Origin: Podospora anserina
Lineage: Eukaryota
Reading direction: 5' to 3'
DNA: 64,000 nt
Assembly (NCBI GenBank): GCA_017654855.1
Contig: CM030338.1
Coordinates: 3,720,001-3,784,000, forward strand
The translations under genes and the position numbers were made by a program. Of this stretch, positions 10,083-19,775 are shown one piece after another (the stretch's first letter is position 1; each line of letters starts with the position of its first letter). A model generated the notes under the pieces. The model did not search any database. It was not told the origin of the DNA and saw only the letters and a list, made by a program, of their open reading frames with translations.

Positions 10083-11300
10083 ATGCGCGCTTTCACAACT
10101 CTGGCAGCTGTGGCTGGCGTCCTCGCCTCGGGCGCCTCCGCTGAGAACTATCTCGGTTTCAACTCGGGATCCACCAAGGCCGACCACTCGGCCAAGTTCA
10201 AGGCCGACTTCCTCCAGGAGTTCAAGACCGCTCAGAACCTCGAGAGCGCCCCAGGAACATTCAACGCTGTGCGTTTGTACACCAACATCCAGGCCTACTC
10301 CAAGGACGACCCCATCTCGGCCTTCGAGGCCGCCGTCGAGACCAAGACCAAGATCCTTCTCGGTGTCTGGACCTCGGGCACCGATAGTATCGCCAACGAG
10401 CTCAACGCCCTGAAGAAGGCCATCGACAAGTATGGCAAGTCTTTCACCGACCTGGTCATCGGCATGTCCATCGGCAGCGAGGATCTATACCGCATCTCCG
10501 AGACTGGTATCAAGAACGAGGCGGGCGTTGGTGCTGGCCCTGACGTCCTGCTCAAGTTCATCAGCGATTACAAGAAGTCGGTTGCCGGGACTGCTCTCGC
10601 CAAGGTCCCCATCGGTCACGTCGACACCTGGGATGCCTACACCAACGCCACCAACAAGGCCGTAGTCGACGCTCTCGACTGGGTTGGTGTTGATGAGTAC
10701 CCCTACTATGAGAGCGGCAAGGGCAACCACATCAAGAACTCGGGCAAGCTTTTCGACCGCGCCTACGATGCCGTTGCTGCCGCTGTTGGTGGCAAGCCTA
10801 TCTGGATTACCGAGACTGGTTGGCCCGCTTCCGGCCCTGACTGGGATGAGGCCGAGGCCACCGTCGCCAACGCCAAGTATTATTGGCAGGAGATCGGCTG
10901 CCGCAAGCTCTTCAACAAGGTCCCCACTTTCTGGTACAACCTCCGTGACTCCAACCCCGACAACAAGATGCAGTTCGCCATCACCAAGGATCTCTCCACC
11001 AAGCCTCTCTTTGACCTCACCTGCCCCACCACTTTTGACACCCCCACCGGTACTTCTGCTTCCTCTACTGCTAGCGCCACCGGCTCCCAGACCAGCGTGA
11101 GCGCCCCCGGCAGCTCTGCCACTGGCGGTGCCGGCAGCACTGGTGGAAGCACTGACTCCGGCTCTTCCGAGACTGGCACCGACTCCGAGGCTTCCAACCA
11201 GGATGATGTCGTCGAGGGCAGTGCTTCCCTCGGCAAGGGCCTCTCGGCTGTCACTATCGCCGGCCTGGCTCTCGTTGCCGGTGTCTTCGCTCTCTTCTAA
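10083..11300 (+). CDS. eglC: GPI-anchored glycoside hydrolase family 17 beta-1,3-glucanase/transglucosylase (EglC/Bgt2-like)
   Basis: Signal peptide from ATG 10083 (MRAFTTLAAVAG); AVRLYT, IGSEDLYR, GHVDTW, DEYPYYE, WITETGWP motifs; Ser/Thr/Gly-rich tail and hydrophobic GPI signal; strong C-ending codon bias. Confidence 0.92.
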   Translation: MRAFTTLAAVAGVLASGASAENYLGFNSGSTKADHSAKFKADFLQEFKTAQNLESAPGTFNAVRLYTNIQAYSKDDPISAFEAAVETKTKILLGVWTSGTDSIANELNALKKAIDKYGKSFTDLVIGMSIGSEDLYRISETGIKNEAGVGAGPDVLLKFISDYKKSVAGTALAKVPIGHVDTWDAYTNATNKAVVDALDWVGVDEYPYYESGKGNHIKNSGKLFDRAYDAVAAAVGGKPIWITETGWPASGPDWDEAEATVANAKYYWQEIGCRKLFNKVPTFWYNLRDSNPDNKMQFAITKDLSTKPLFDLTCPTTFDTPTGTSASSTASATGSQTSVSAPGSSATGGAGSTGGSTDSGSSETGTDSEASNQDDVVEGSASLGKGLSAVTIAGLALVAGVFALF

Positions 11301-12127
11301 ATTTTGGGTAGCAGTCAGTTAGAGTGTGGGTTGGTGGATTTGTCAACAGTCTATAGAGGAAGGGATTTCATTGCATAGCATGGTTGTATGTACATACCAT
11401 CTTGGGAGTCAACATTTTGGGATTTCTTTTTTCGCGCCAGCTGTCTTCATTGGTCCAGGATAGCTATACCTGCAGTTTCAAGAATACCCTTTTGGCATTT
11501 CCTTCTCAAGCAGCCCCTTGTTTTCGTCACGGTGAAGAGTGTCCTGATAGCTGGGCTTGTAGGATGATTTACGGATAGGCATCATTTAGTTTATGAGAGG
11601 ATACCATAAAATATAGACAGGGAAATGTTTTGGTTTATGCTAGATACTGGCCACCTGATCTGCGCAGTCCCACTACCGTCGACCATCGATAAGGATGTTG
11701 ACAACAAACAAAAAAAAGAGTCAGCGGTGACGTCACTGATATCGAACATGTTCTCCAACTGATCACCTATCGCGGCTGCCCCCTCCCCTCAATTAAGCTC
11801 CCGTCCCTTCGTACCGAAAGCGGCAAAAGTGAATCCCGCCAAGAGGTCACGATAGAGTTTGACTTTCGGCCGTTGAAGACAGCTGTTTATTTGTTTGGGA
11901 CTGTCTTGCAACTTCCACAAGCCTCAACCGTCATCATCGGCCGCCTGCATGAAGGGGTCCCTTACGTCATTGCCCAGGCAGTCAGCTTTTATACCACTCC
12001 GCTCGCTGCGCATGCACCTCCTTCTACATCCAACACACAATATCCCATACCTTGCAAAAAAGACTTCAAGCACACTTCCGGACGAGATTTAACTCCAGAA
12101 CAGCCATCAGACCACGGACCAGTAACC

Positions 12128-12760
12128 ATGTCACACCCCACCTCTGGCCAGTCCCCCTCGGGCTCCGTCCCTTCCCAACCCCCCAAATCAGAAGCATACA
12201 ATGCCGGTGCCAATGCCAACCCCAGCGCCGCCCCAATGCACCTCCGACATCCCATGACACGCAACCTCTCCGAGTTCGCGGTAGGCGACACACCCCTCGC
12301 AACGGCCTCTCCCACGGCTAACGCCCCTGGGACTGACTACCTCACCTGCCGCCGCAACCCTTACAACGAGGCTTCTGGCAAACCCATGGCGGGGTCCCTC
12401 GGGCGAGGCGTTCACGGCGGAAAGCCCACTAGCGAGCGGGAGAGAAGAGCTACACACTACGAGGGCGAGGGTGGGGAGGCGGTGCAGAACGAGAATGAGG
12501 ATGCTCAGGGCAAGATGGAGACTTGTGGCGAGGGCAAGGTTGCTGATGCGGTGGAACGCACGAGACGTAGGGATACGAGTGGCGAGCCGCATGGGCGAGT
12601 GAGGGGGGAGGTGAGCTTCTTGGGGGAGGACGGCGATTTGGAGAGGATGAAGGCAAGGCAGGAAGTCGAGCGGACGCAGATCAAGAAGATGAGGGAGAGG
12701 GGGGAGGATGTAGATGGTCGGGGCGGAAAGGAGGAGAGGAAGCCGAGTGTGGAAGTTTAA
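12128..12760 (+). CDS. Hypothetical hydrophilic protein (~210 aa)
   Basis: ATG in accATG context; open to TAA 12760; low-complexity charged sequence; no family recognised. Confidence 0.65.
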   Translation: MSHPTSGQSPSGSVPSQPPKSEAYNAGANANPSAAPMHLRHPMTRNLSEFAVGDTPLATASPTANAPGTDYLTCRRNPYNEASGKPMAGSLGRGVHGGKPTSERERRATHYEGEGGEAVQNENEDAQGKMETCGEGKVADAVERTRRRDTSGEPHGRVRGEVSFLGEDGDLERMKARQEVERTQIKKMRERGEDVDGRGGKEERKPSVEV

Positions 12761-13195
12761 GGGCCACGCTGACATGCAGTGGAAAAGAGGATGGAGGATT
12801 GGAAGGGTGATGTGTATCTTTCAGAGGACGGGCTTAGACTTTTTATGGATCTATTAATGCCGGCTGATGCCTTTTATTGTGTGGTGCCCTCTCCCTGCTC
12901 ATGTTGCAACCTTGCTTACTGTAACCCTTAGCAGTCAGCATGAAGAACGAGACGCTCCACCAGCGACCAAACCAACATTAATGACTCCTGGCAGGATCTT
13001 GTGTACTCCACAGCACTAATGGGGAAATTATCACCACCACGAGCGCATATATCAGACTGATGACCTTGGCATTTCTCAAAAGGGGACCTGTTCCCTTGTA
13101 TTATCCTCTGTGCTATGCTAGATATTCCTGAGCTAGCAGCATCTATGTATGATCTGGGTATCTAAAACACACAAACGCCTATGCCATACAACGTC

Positions 13196-14977
13196 TCAAA
13201 TCCAAGGGTTCGGAATCGTTGTCTCCAAGACAGTCCCATTCGCGAAGATGGTGCCGTTACGAAGAATAGTTGTGTGGCCAGGGTGGAGCTCGGGGGAGGG
13301 ATGATCGATCGACCTGCCGTCGGCGAATATGATACCATTCCAAGACTTCTCCCCTCCCGCCGACTCAAGATCCCTCGTCTTGACCAACGGACTCTTCAGC
13401 TTGTTCACGTCACAGTTCTCACTGATGACGTACAAGTTCATCCCGATGCCCAGCCAGTACATCTCGGCGCTGAGCATGTTCCAACTCGTCTGGTCCCTTT
13501 GCTGAACGCCAATGTAGTCCACCATCATGACGTTCGGCCACGACTCGGGGCTCATCCCGGCCACGCCCGCCCAGTACAAAGCTGGGTTGACCTGCTGTAT
13601 GGCAAAGCCCTGGAGGCTATACGCCGTTGACGCCACCGCGTTCGGGGTGGCGAGCCACTGGGCGATGTGGAACTGGCCAAAGTCCTTGTCCCCGCCGCGC
13701 TTGAGGTCCTTCCAGTTGCTGATCTGATCGGGGGCCAGGGCGTTGATGTCTTGTATGTTGGACCAGTGATCCCTGACCCCGATCCTGTTTTGGGCGTACA
13801 GCCCGTCGCCGACGGCTTCCTTGGGCACGTCCTTGAGGTTCTGCCCGTTAATCAGGAAGATGACGCAGCCTTTGCCGTCGTTGCGGTCCATGAAGTAGGA
13901 GGCCGGTTGGTTCTGGAAGGGGACCGAGGTGTCGAGGTTGGGGCAGCGGTTGTTGACGCCGCGGATCTTGGAGAGGAAGTCGTTCCAGAGCTGGGCGTCC
14001 CAGTAGATGGGGCCGCGGTCGGGGGTTTCGTAGCGGCCGATGAGGTAGCGGACGCTGAGGAAGATGAGCTCGCCCGGGTTTTCGCGGGTGAAGAGGTTGA
14101 TCTCGGAGATGACTTCGTCGAGGGACTCGCCCGAGTTGCCGATGCAGACCGTGGCTGTTTCGTCGTTGACGTGGAGGGTGTGGAAGCCGAGGTTGCGGGC
14201 TGGGTTGTTGTCGTCGTGGACGGAGCCGACGCGCAGGTCGAACCAGCGGGCGCCGGCGCGGAGCTGGTCGTAGATGTTGATGCCTTGGTTTTGGGTGTTG
14301 AACGAGTTTCCGATGCTCCTGATCTTGTTGGTAATCTTGGACATTCCCGAGTCGTGGGTGCCTGGGAGGAAGAGATGGCGGACAAGCCTGTCTTTGATGG
14401 TGTTGTATATCCAACGCATCCACCCGCCTCTGTCGTGGCGAAGGGAGGCATAAAAGCCGTATTTGGAACTGCCGGTTATGACCAGAGTGACCGAGGACTC
14501 CCCGCCGGGGAACTGGTAGATGCGTTGGCCTAGGTTCATCCCGGAGAGATCGAGCGTGACGGACCGCTGATCTACCAAGGGCCCAGTCCCCTTGACGCGC
14601 AGAGCAAACTTCTTGTCGGTTCCGTCGATACGGTAGTAAGCCTCGCCAGCATCGTCTTGAGTAGCAATTCTATTGCGATACTTAATCGCGTTCTGTCTGC
14701 TTTTGCCCTGGGGAACGTCGCCAAAGTCGAAGGTGCTCATCTGGTATGAGTGGGTGTTTTCAAGAATGAACCGGTGGGGAGTCAGGTTCACGACCGAGAT
14801 GTAGAACTTTGGCGAGAGCTGGCTGGCCGGGCTCATGAAGACACTGGCAGGCTGGTAATTCCCGGCTGGTGTCTGCTCGGTGCTGAAGGTGCGGTCTTGG
14901 GGCTTGCAGGCATCTTGAGCATTTACCAGCAAGCCGGCGAAGCTGGCCACGAAGGCCAGCGACTGGAGGATTCTCAT
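13196..14977 (-). CDS. Secreted PI-PLC X-domain (PLC-like phosphodiesterase) protein
   Basis: Signal peptide; LPGTHDSGM, TQNQ..IYDQLRAGARWFDLR, LHV, ENPGELIFL, PNVMMVDY motifs; intronless 593 aa. Confidence 0.88.
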   Translation of the reverse strand: MRILQSLAFVASFAGLLVNAQDACKPQDRTFSTEQTPAGNYQPASVFMSPASQLSPKFYISVVNLTPHRFILENTHSYQMSTFDFGDVPQGKSRQNAIKYRNRIATQDDAGEAYYRIDGTDKKFALRVKGTGPLVDQRSVTLDLSGMNLGQRIYQFPGGESSVTLVITGSSKYGFYASLRHDRGGWMRWIYNTIKDRLVRHLFLPGTHDSGMSKITNKIRSIGNSFNTQNQGINIYDQLRAGARWFDLRVGSVHDDNNPARNLGFHTLHVNDETATVCIGNSGESLDEVISEINLFTRENPGELIFLSVRYLIGRYETPDRGPIYWDAQLWNDFLSKIRGVNNRCPNLDTSVPFQNQPASYFMDRNDGKGCVIFLINGQNLKDVPKEAVGDGLYAQNRIGVRDHWSNIQDINALAPDQISNWKDLKRGGDKDFGQFHIAQWLATPNAVASTAYSLQGFAIQQVNPALYWAGVAGMSPESWPNVMMVDYIGVQQRDQTSWNMLSAEMYWLGIGMNLYVISENCDVNKLKSPLVKTRDLESAGGEKSWNGIIFADGRSIDHPSPELHPGHTTILRNGTIFANGTVLETTIPNPWI

Positions 14978-15638
14978 GGCCGTGGTGAGGTGAAACTGGC
15001 TGGCTGGAGGTGTTCAAAAGGAGCGACTGAGAGAGAACAGAAAATATAAAGAGATGGATAGCACTGCCAGATCATGGCCATGAGGGACAAAATACCTGCT
15101 GGGAGCAAGTGGATTGAGACGGGATGGGATGAAGTAAATTCCATGTTTTATATCAGCTCCCCCCTCACCCACAGTGAATCAGACCCAGCTATTGCTGAGA
15201 AAAGGGGGATGGATGACCCCTGGAGCATTCAAGGAGGCTGGCCATTGTCTTGAATTTCCACCCAGATGTCCAATTCGGTGGTCGACCACCTCATGTGGCC
15301 GACTTTTTCCACAACTCCAATGGAACGTATCGCCTCAATCCCGTCCCCTGAACAATTTCTTCTCGGCTCTTGGATGACTTTTATGGAAGGAGTTCTGCTT
15401 GGTGCCAGCAGCAGATCGTGGGGAGGTCTCAGTGTCCAATCACCTGCCATGTCGTCTCCAAGTCCTGTGACGCTAACACCCGACAGGTTCCTGGAGTTGC
15501 TGGAAGGCGCCAAAGTGGCACAGATGCCGGCCGAATCAGAGGCCTCGGAAGGAGCTGTCAAGCGGAAGGTGCAACGTGCCATTGGGTACTTTTGGCCGAG
15601 TGAAATAAAGTGAAATCCTACACCGACTCCCACAAGAT

Positions 15639-15678
15639 CCTACCCACTGATACCTACCCACTGATACCTACCCACTGA
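15639..15678. repeat. 14-bp tandem repeat (CCTACCCACTGATA) x ~2.9
   Basis: Read directly in the intergenic region. Confidence 0.9.
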
Positions 15679-17611
15679 CTACAACTCCTATCCCAGACAC
15701 TTCACATGCTTTGTGATATAGATTGAATGTCTGCCTACTCTCTGTCTTTTGAACCTTTCCAACTGCACAGTTTGATAAAGCATAAATTTCCCCTCGAATT
15801 TGAGGTGGATAGATATTTTCTCGTGAACCAGAACGGGAAAATGGAATTGTGCACTGCTGCAAGCAGCGCCAGCCACCATGCATGTTCGGAAACCTCCGTG
15901 CCAATTATACGACAGGTGAAGTCTTCAGCACAATGGTGCTGAAGCCCTGTCACCAGGCACTTTCTCGGTTGATGTTGTCTCTGGCTCATCGAAAAGAAAA
16001 GAATATGACAGACAGCTCCCTTTTCAAAATCCCGTTTTGAGGGCACTTTGATTTTCGAATACATCACAACTGATGCACCATATGGTTCTCCGTTGACAAT
16101 GGCAACATATCAAATCCCCGGAAACCAACAGGACCCCGCAGGAGACTGGGAAGCTCTGATCGTCTGCCCAAGTCTACATGATGACATGCTGCCAAAATCT
16201 TCCCTTGGGTACTCGCATGCGACTCTCGCCGCAGTCCCTCAAGAAAATCCAACAAAATCAGCGGTACACGACGAAGGCGTATATCGGGATTGTTTGATGA
16301 GGCTTGTTCAGGCCAACTTGACGACGATAATTCAAATCAGCATGGGTTGACACCGCATACAGGGGCCTGTTACCCGCTCACCTTCGACAATATGGAACGT
16401 TGGACAAATGCTTCGGGGGCTGTGTCCTGCTCGATCCAGGTTTGGATGGAACAGATGAACTCTCTTCCATCCCTAGTATTGAGGCCAACCCCAGCAACGG
16501 CTACATCGCAAGAGCCAGAGCTCGACATTGCAAACATCCCAGATCTCTTCAGAGGTTTAGCGCCAATTGGGTCATCAGCTTTGCGAAAACCTGCTTTCAT
16601 CTACCCAATGACGTCAGATCTAGAAGTTGAGGATCCTGGAGGTGATGCAGTTGAGTCCAAGGATGTTCAGATGCCACCACCAGCGACAGCTCAGGCCAGC
16701 TCGAAAAATCTGAGACCTTCAGAACCAGCCACTACAATAGAAAATTCGTCTCGCAAAGATGAGTCTGGCTGGGACAATCGGCTCACAGATTCAAGCTATG
16801 CCTCCGCAGTTCATCAAGGGAGCCAATCGTCTCTTCATATCAACAGCTCAGCATCTGGGAATTCTAGAGTCAATCATCCAGCAAGCTCACCGACACGCTC
16901 TTTATCATCGATCAGTGTTAGGCATGTGTCTAACCTGAAAGCGAAAATGCTTGACTTGCAACATGGTCCTGTCGATTCTTGGGTTGACACTTCAAAGCTT
17001 GCAGTGTTTATATCGTCTATGACTGGGTAAGTGTATTTTCTAAGCCCTCGCGTTTTCAATGCTAACATCAGCCACTCCAGCAAACCCAAAACCTTTTTCA
17101 TCGTAAACTACAAGAGGGTCAGTGGACGAAAATGCCTGAGCCGGCTATTCGAGTGGATTATCTCATACGTTCACATCAGTGAGACGAAATGCTGGATCAC
17201 GGAGTATCCGAGCCCACGGCTGTCGTCAATCATGGAACTGTCACACTTCTTTCGGGTACCGAAACAGTCACCAACTCAAGGCCATCTTGCAGATTTTACC
17301 GCCAAATGGACCACATGGGGATCGCATACTAACTGTCCAGTCCATCTCAGTTTCGAAGCATCGTCAATACTGAAAGGTCTTGCATGCTTGTCCCAAATTG
17401 CTGAGCACCCGAGTCTCAGGCAACACCACTCGTACGCCCTCGGCCCCAGGATGAAAATCCTTGGCGGATCCTCGAAAGGCATAAACTCCCGAAAGGGCCC
17501 ATATGGATTGACCAAAACTCTGGGCAGTTTCTCTCCTCCAGAAATCCCTTGTGTCTCGAATAATCATGAAGAGATCTTCTCCTGGCTTCAGACATTGCCT
17601 AGCTGCTGGCG

Positions 17612-19288
17612 GTGGAGTTCAAATTAGATCCTTCTTTTCCAAACACCTCAGATCTGAGCGCGGCGCACTTCCTGATTGATCCACGAAGCAACTCAGACAT
17701 CTCTTCATATTCATCAGAGATGACGATTGATTCTTACATGCTATCAATCTCAGATACACCAAGCAGTGAGGCTCAAAACCTTTCCTGCCACATGCACTCT
17801 GGCAGATACCAATCGCTCACTGGGTGCCTTGCTACTCTGCTCTACAAGGTGTTCATGGATCAACTATCTCGGAATATCTCGGTGTCTTCCCGCCCCAATG
17901 CTACCGGAAAGCAGCCTCGGAACGGCTGTGATTCTGGACACCCACAAGACGGAGGAGATTCCACCCAAGTAGCAAATGGGGAAGCACCCAATGGGTCTTC
18001 AGTGTCTCGAGAAAGCGCGATATCTAGTTCCGAGGCTCCTGCTTCACAGCCGCTTAAAAGAACCCGTGAAAGCGACAGCAACGAAGACGACACCCCTGAC
18101 GGCAGACGACCCCGGCGAACTAAGGTCCAACTAGGGGAGCTACTCAACTCGCCGAAGTTGCTCGCCTGTCCATTTTGGAAGCTTGATTGTCAGAAGCACC
18201 GAAAATGCTTCAAGAGTGAACTACATACGGTTAGCCGAGTTAAACAGCATCTTTCTCGAAGACACAGGCCGACGTTCTACTGCGATCGTTGCATGGTAAT
18301 CTTTCCCGACAAGACCAGCCACAACCGCCATCTGACGCAGGTATGTATCCTGGATCCGAATGCCTCCCTGGACGGAATTAGCCATCTCCAACAGTGGGAG
18401 CTGTCGAGGCGATCAAACCGAAGTCTCAGTGAACAGGAACAATGGTTCGCAATTTGGGACATTCTATTCCCCAATCAGACCAGGCCCATGTCAGCCTATA
18501 TGGACCATCGCTTGTCCGAAGCAATCTGCCAGTTTCATGAGTTTACGCAGCGTCAAGGCCGCGTCATAGCGACAAGGGACCTTCAGAAAAGTGGTGTTCT
18601 ACGCGATATCTCAACTTCTGACAGCAAGAACCATCAAAGCTCAAACGACACAGCAAGCGCAGTTACTGAAGCAGTCGTTCAGTGTGCCTTGGGTCGTGCT
18701 CTCGACCTGATATTCGAAGACTGGCTGGCGGACGCACCGGTTGAGGCGTTGCAGAGGTCGGAACTGTCATCAACAGAGCCCAACGGATTAGAGGTCCCAA
18801 ACCTCGTAGCTTCCTCCAGCTCCGTGGCTGATAGTAGTGTGACACTGGTGAACAACCACACACAACTGACCCAACCCGAACAACCGGCACGCAGCCCCCA
18901 TGTTGCGCCCTTGCAAGATGACGCCCCGGTCTTCCTTGATGCCAAAGGTCTTTTGTCGGAAGGCGCTCTTGTTGTTGCAAGCAATGCTAGTCTAAGCCAA
19001 GGGTTTCCAGAGCCGACAATGATCAATCACACTCAACCCCTAGACAACACAAGGGCATGGGAGAAAGACACAAACGTTACGCTTGACATTGATCGCCATT
19101 TACTTGACATAGGCGTACCCATAATGGGCGAACTCGCTTTGGGTACACATGTTAACAGAAGCCCGGACTGGAAGGGTTCGACTGGGTCATGGGAACATAC
19201 AGACATGCTGAACACCGCCCCATGCGATGAGGCAGGGATGGGACTATTTTTCGATATACAAGCCTTCAGTAACCAACAGTTGTTTTGA
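17612..19288 (+). CDS. Fungal C2H2-type/ACPF-motif zinc-binding protein; 5' structure uncertain (upstream ORF blocks from 16099)
   Basis: LACPFWK..C..VSRVKQHL.RRH..CDRC...F..HL..C and QWFAIWDILFP motifs; upstream ORFs 16099-16350, 16290-17026 and 17072-17627, the last two linked by intron 17027-17071, with two frame breaks. Confidence 0.7.
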   Translation: MEFKLDPSFPNTSDLSAAHFLIDPRSNSDISSYSSEMTIDSYMLSISDTPSSEAQNLSCHMHSGRYQSLTGCLATLLYKVFMDQLSRNISVSSRPNATGKQPRNGCDSGHPQDGGDSTQVANGEAPNGSSVSRESAISSSEAPASQPLKRTRESDSNEDDTPDGRRPRRTKVQLGELLNSPKLLACPFWKLDCQKHRKCFKSELHTVSRVKQHLSRRHRPTFYCDRCMVIFPDKTSHNRHLTQVCILDPNASLDGISHLQQWELSRRSNRSLSEQEQWFAIWDILFPNQTRPMSAYMDHRLSEAICQFHEFTQRQGRVIATRDLQKSGVLRDISTSDSKNHQSSNDTASAVTEAVVQCALGRALDLIFEDWLADAPVEALQRSELSSTEPNGLEVPNLVASSSSVADSSVTLVNNHTQLTQPEQPARSPHVAPLQDDAPVFLDAKGLLSEGALVVASNASLSQGFPEPTMINHTQPLDNTRAWEKDTNVTLDIDRHLLDIGVPIMGELALGTHVNRSPDWKGSTGSWEHTDMLNTAPCDEAGMGLFFDIQAFSNQQLF

Positions 19289-19775
19289 ACCTATCTAGAA
19301 ATTGAACAATTGTTTTGTTATCAGATATGGGAATTCCAACGAACGCTCATTAGCGACCACAACGAGAATTTCGAGATGCCGCCTTGCTCCTTCGAAACAG
19401 GACTTTGATAATGACTGGTTATTGGTGAGGTTGAGAATGCTCCGGCGATTATCAGCGCAAACTCCGCGTTCAAGTTGAAACCGCAATCTATCATCATAAT
19501 CCAAATTTCCATCTCGAACGATGGATTTCGTGGTGGTTGGATGTCGGTGGTCTGACCCCTTACGACCAAGTGGCGTCATCAGACCACTGGGTGCCAACAC
19601 ACAACGCACCTCGCCAGCAACAGCGAATTTCAACATGATGATGCAAGCAGTATAAAGGTCGGACCCAGGGTCTCCATTTTATTTTATTTTGGGCCAAAAG
19701 TCCATCGAGCTATCAGAAAACACCCATTCTTCAACCCAACGCAGGAAAAAAAACGCAACCCGCGATCAAGTGCCA

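Noticed and set aside
13667-14533. 288-aa plus-strand ORF
   Set aside because: Antisense shadow of the GC-biased PLC-like gene
15229-15633. Overlapping 115-134 aa ORFs on both strands
   Set aside because: No motif, codon bias or splice support; lies in a promoter region
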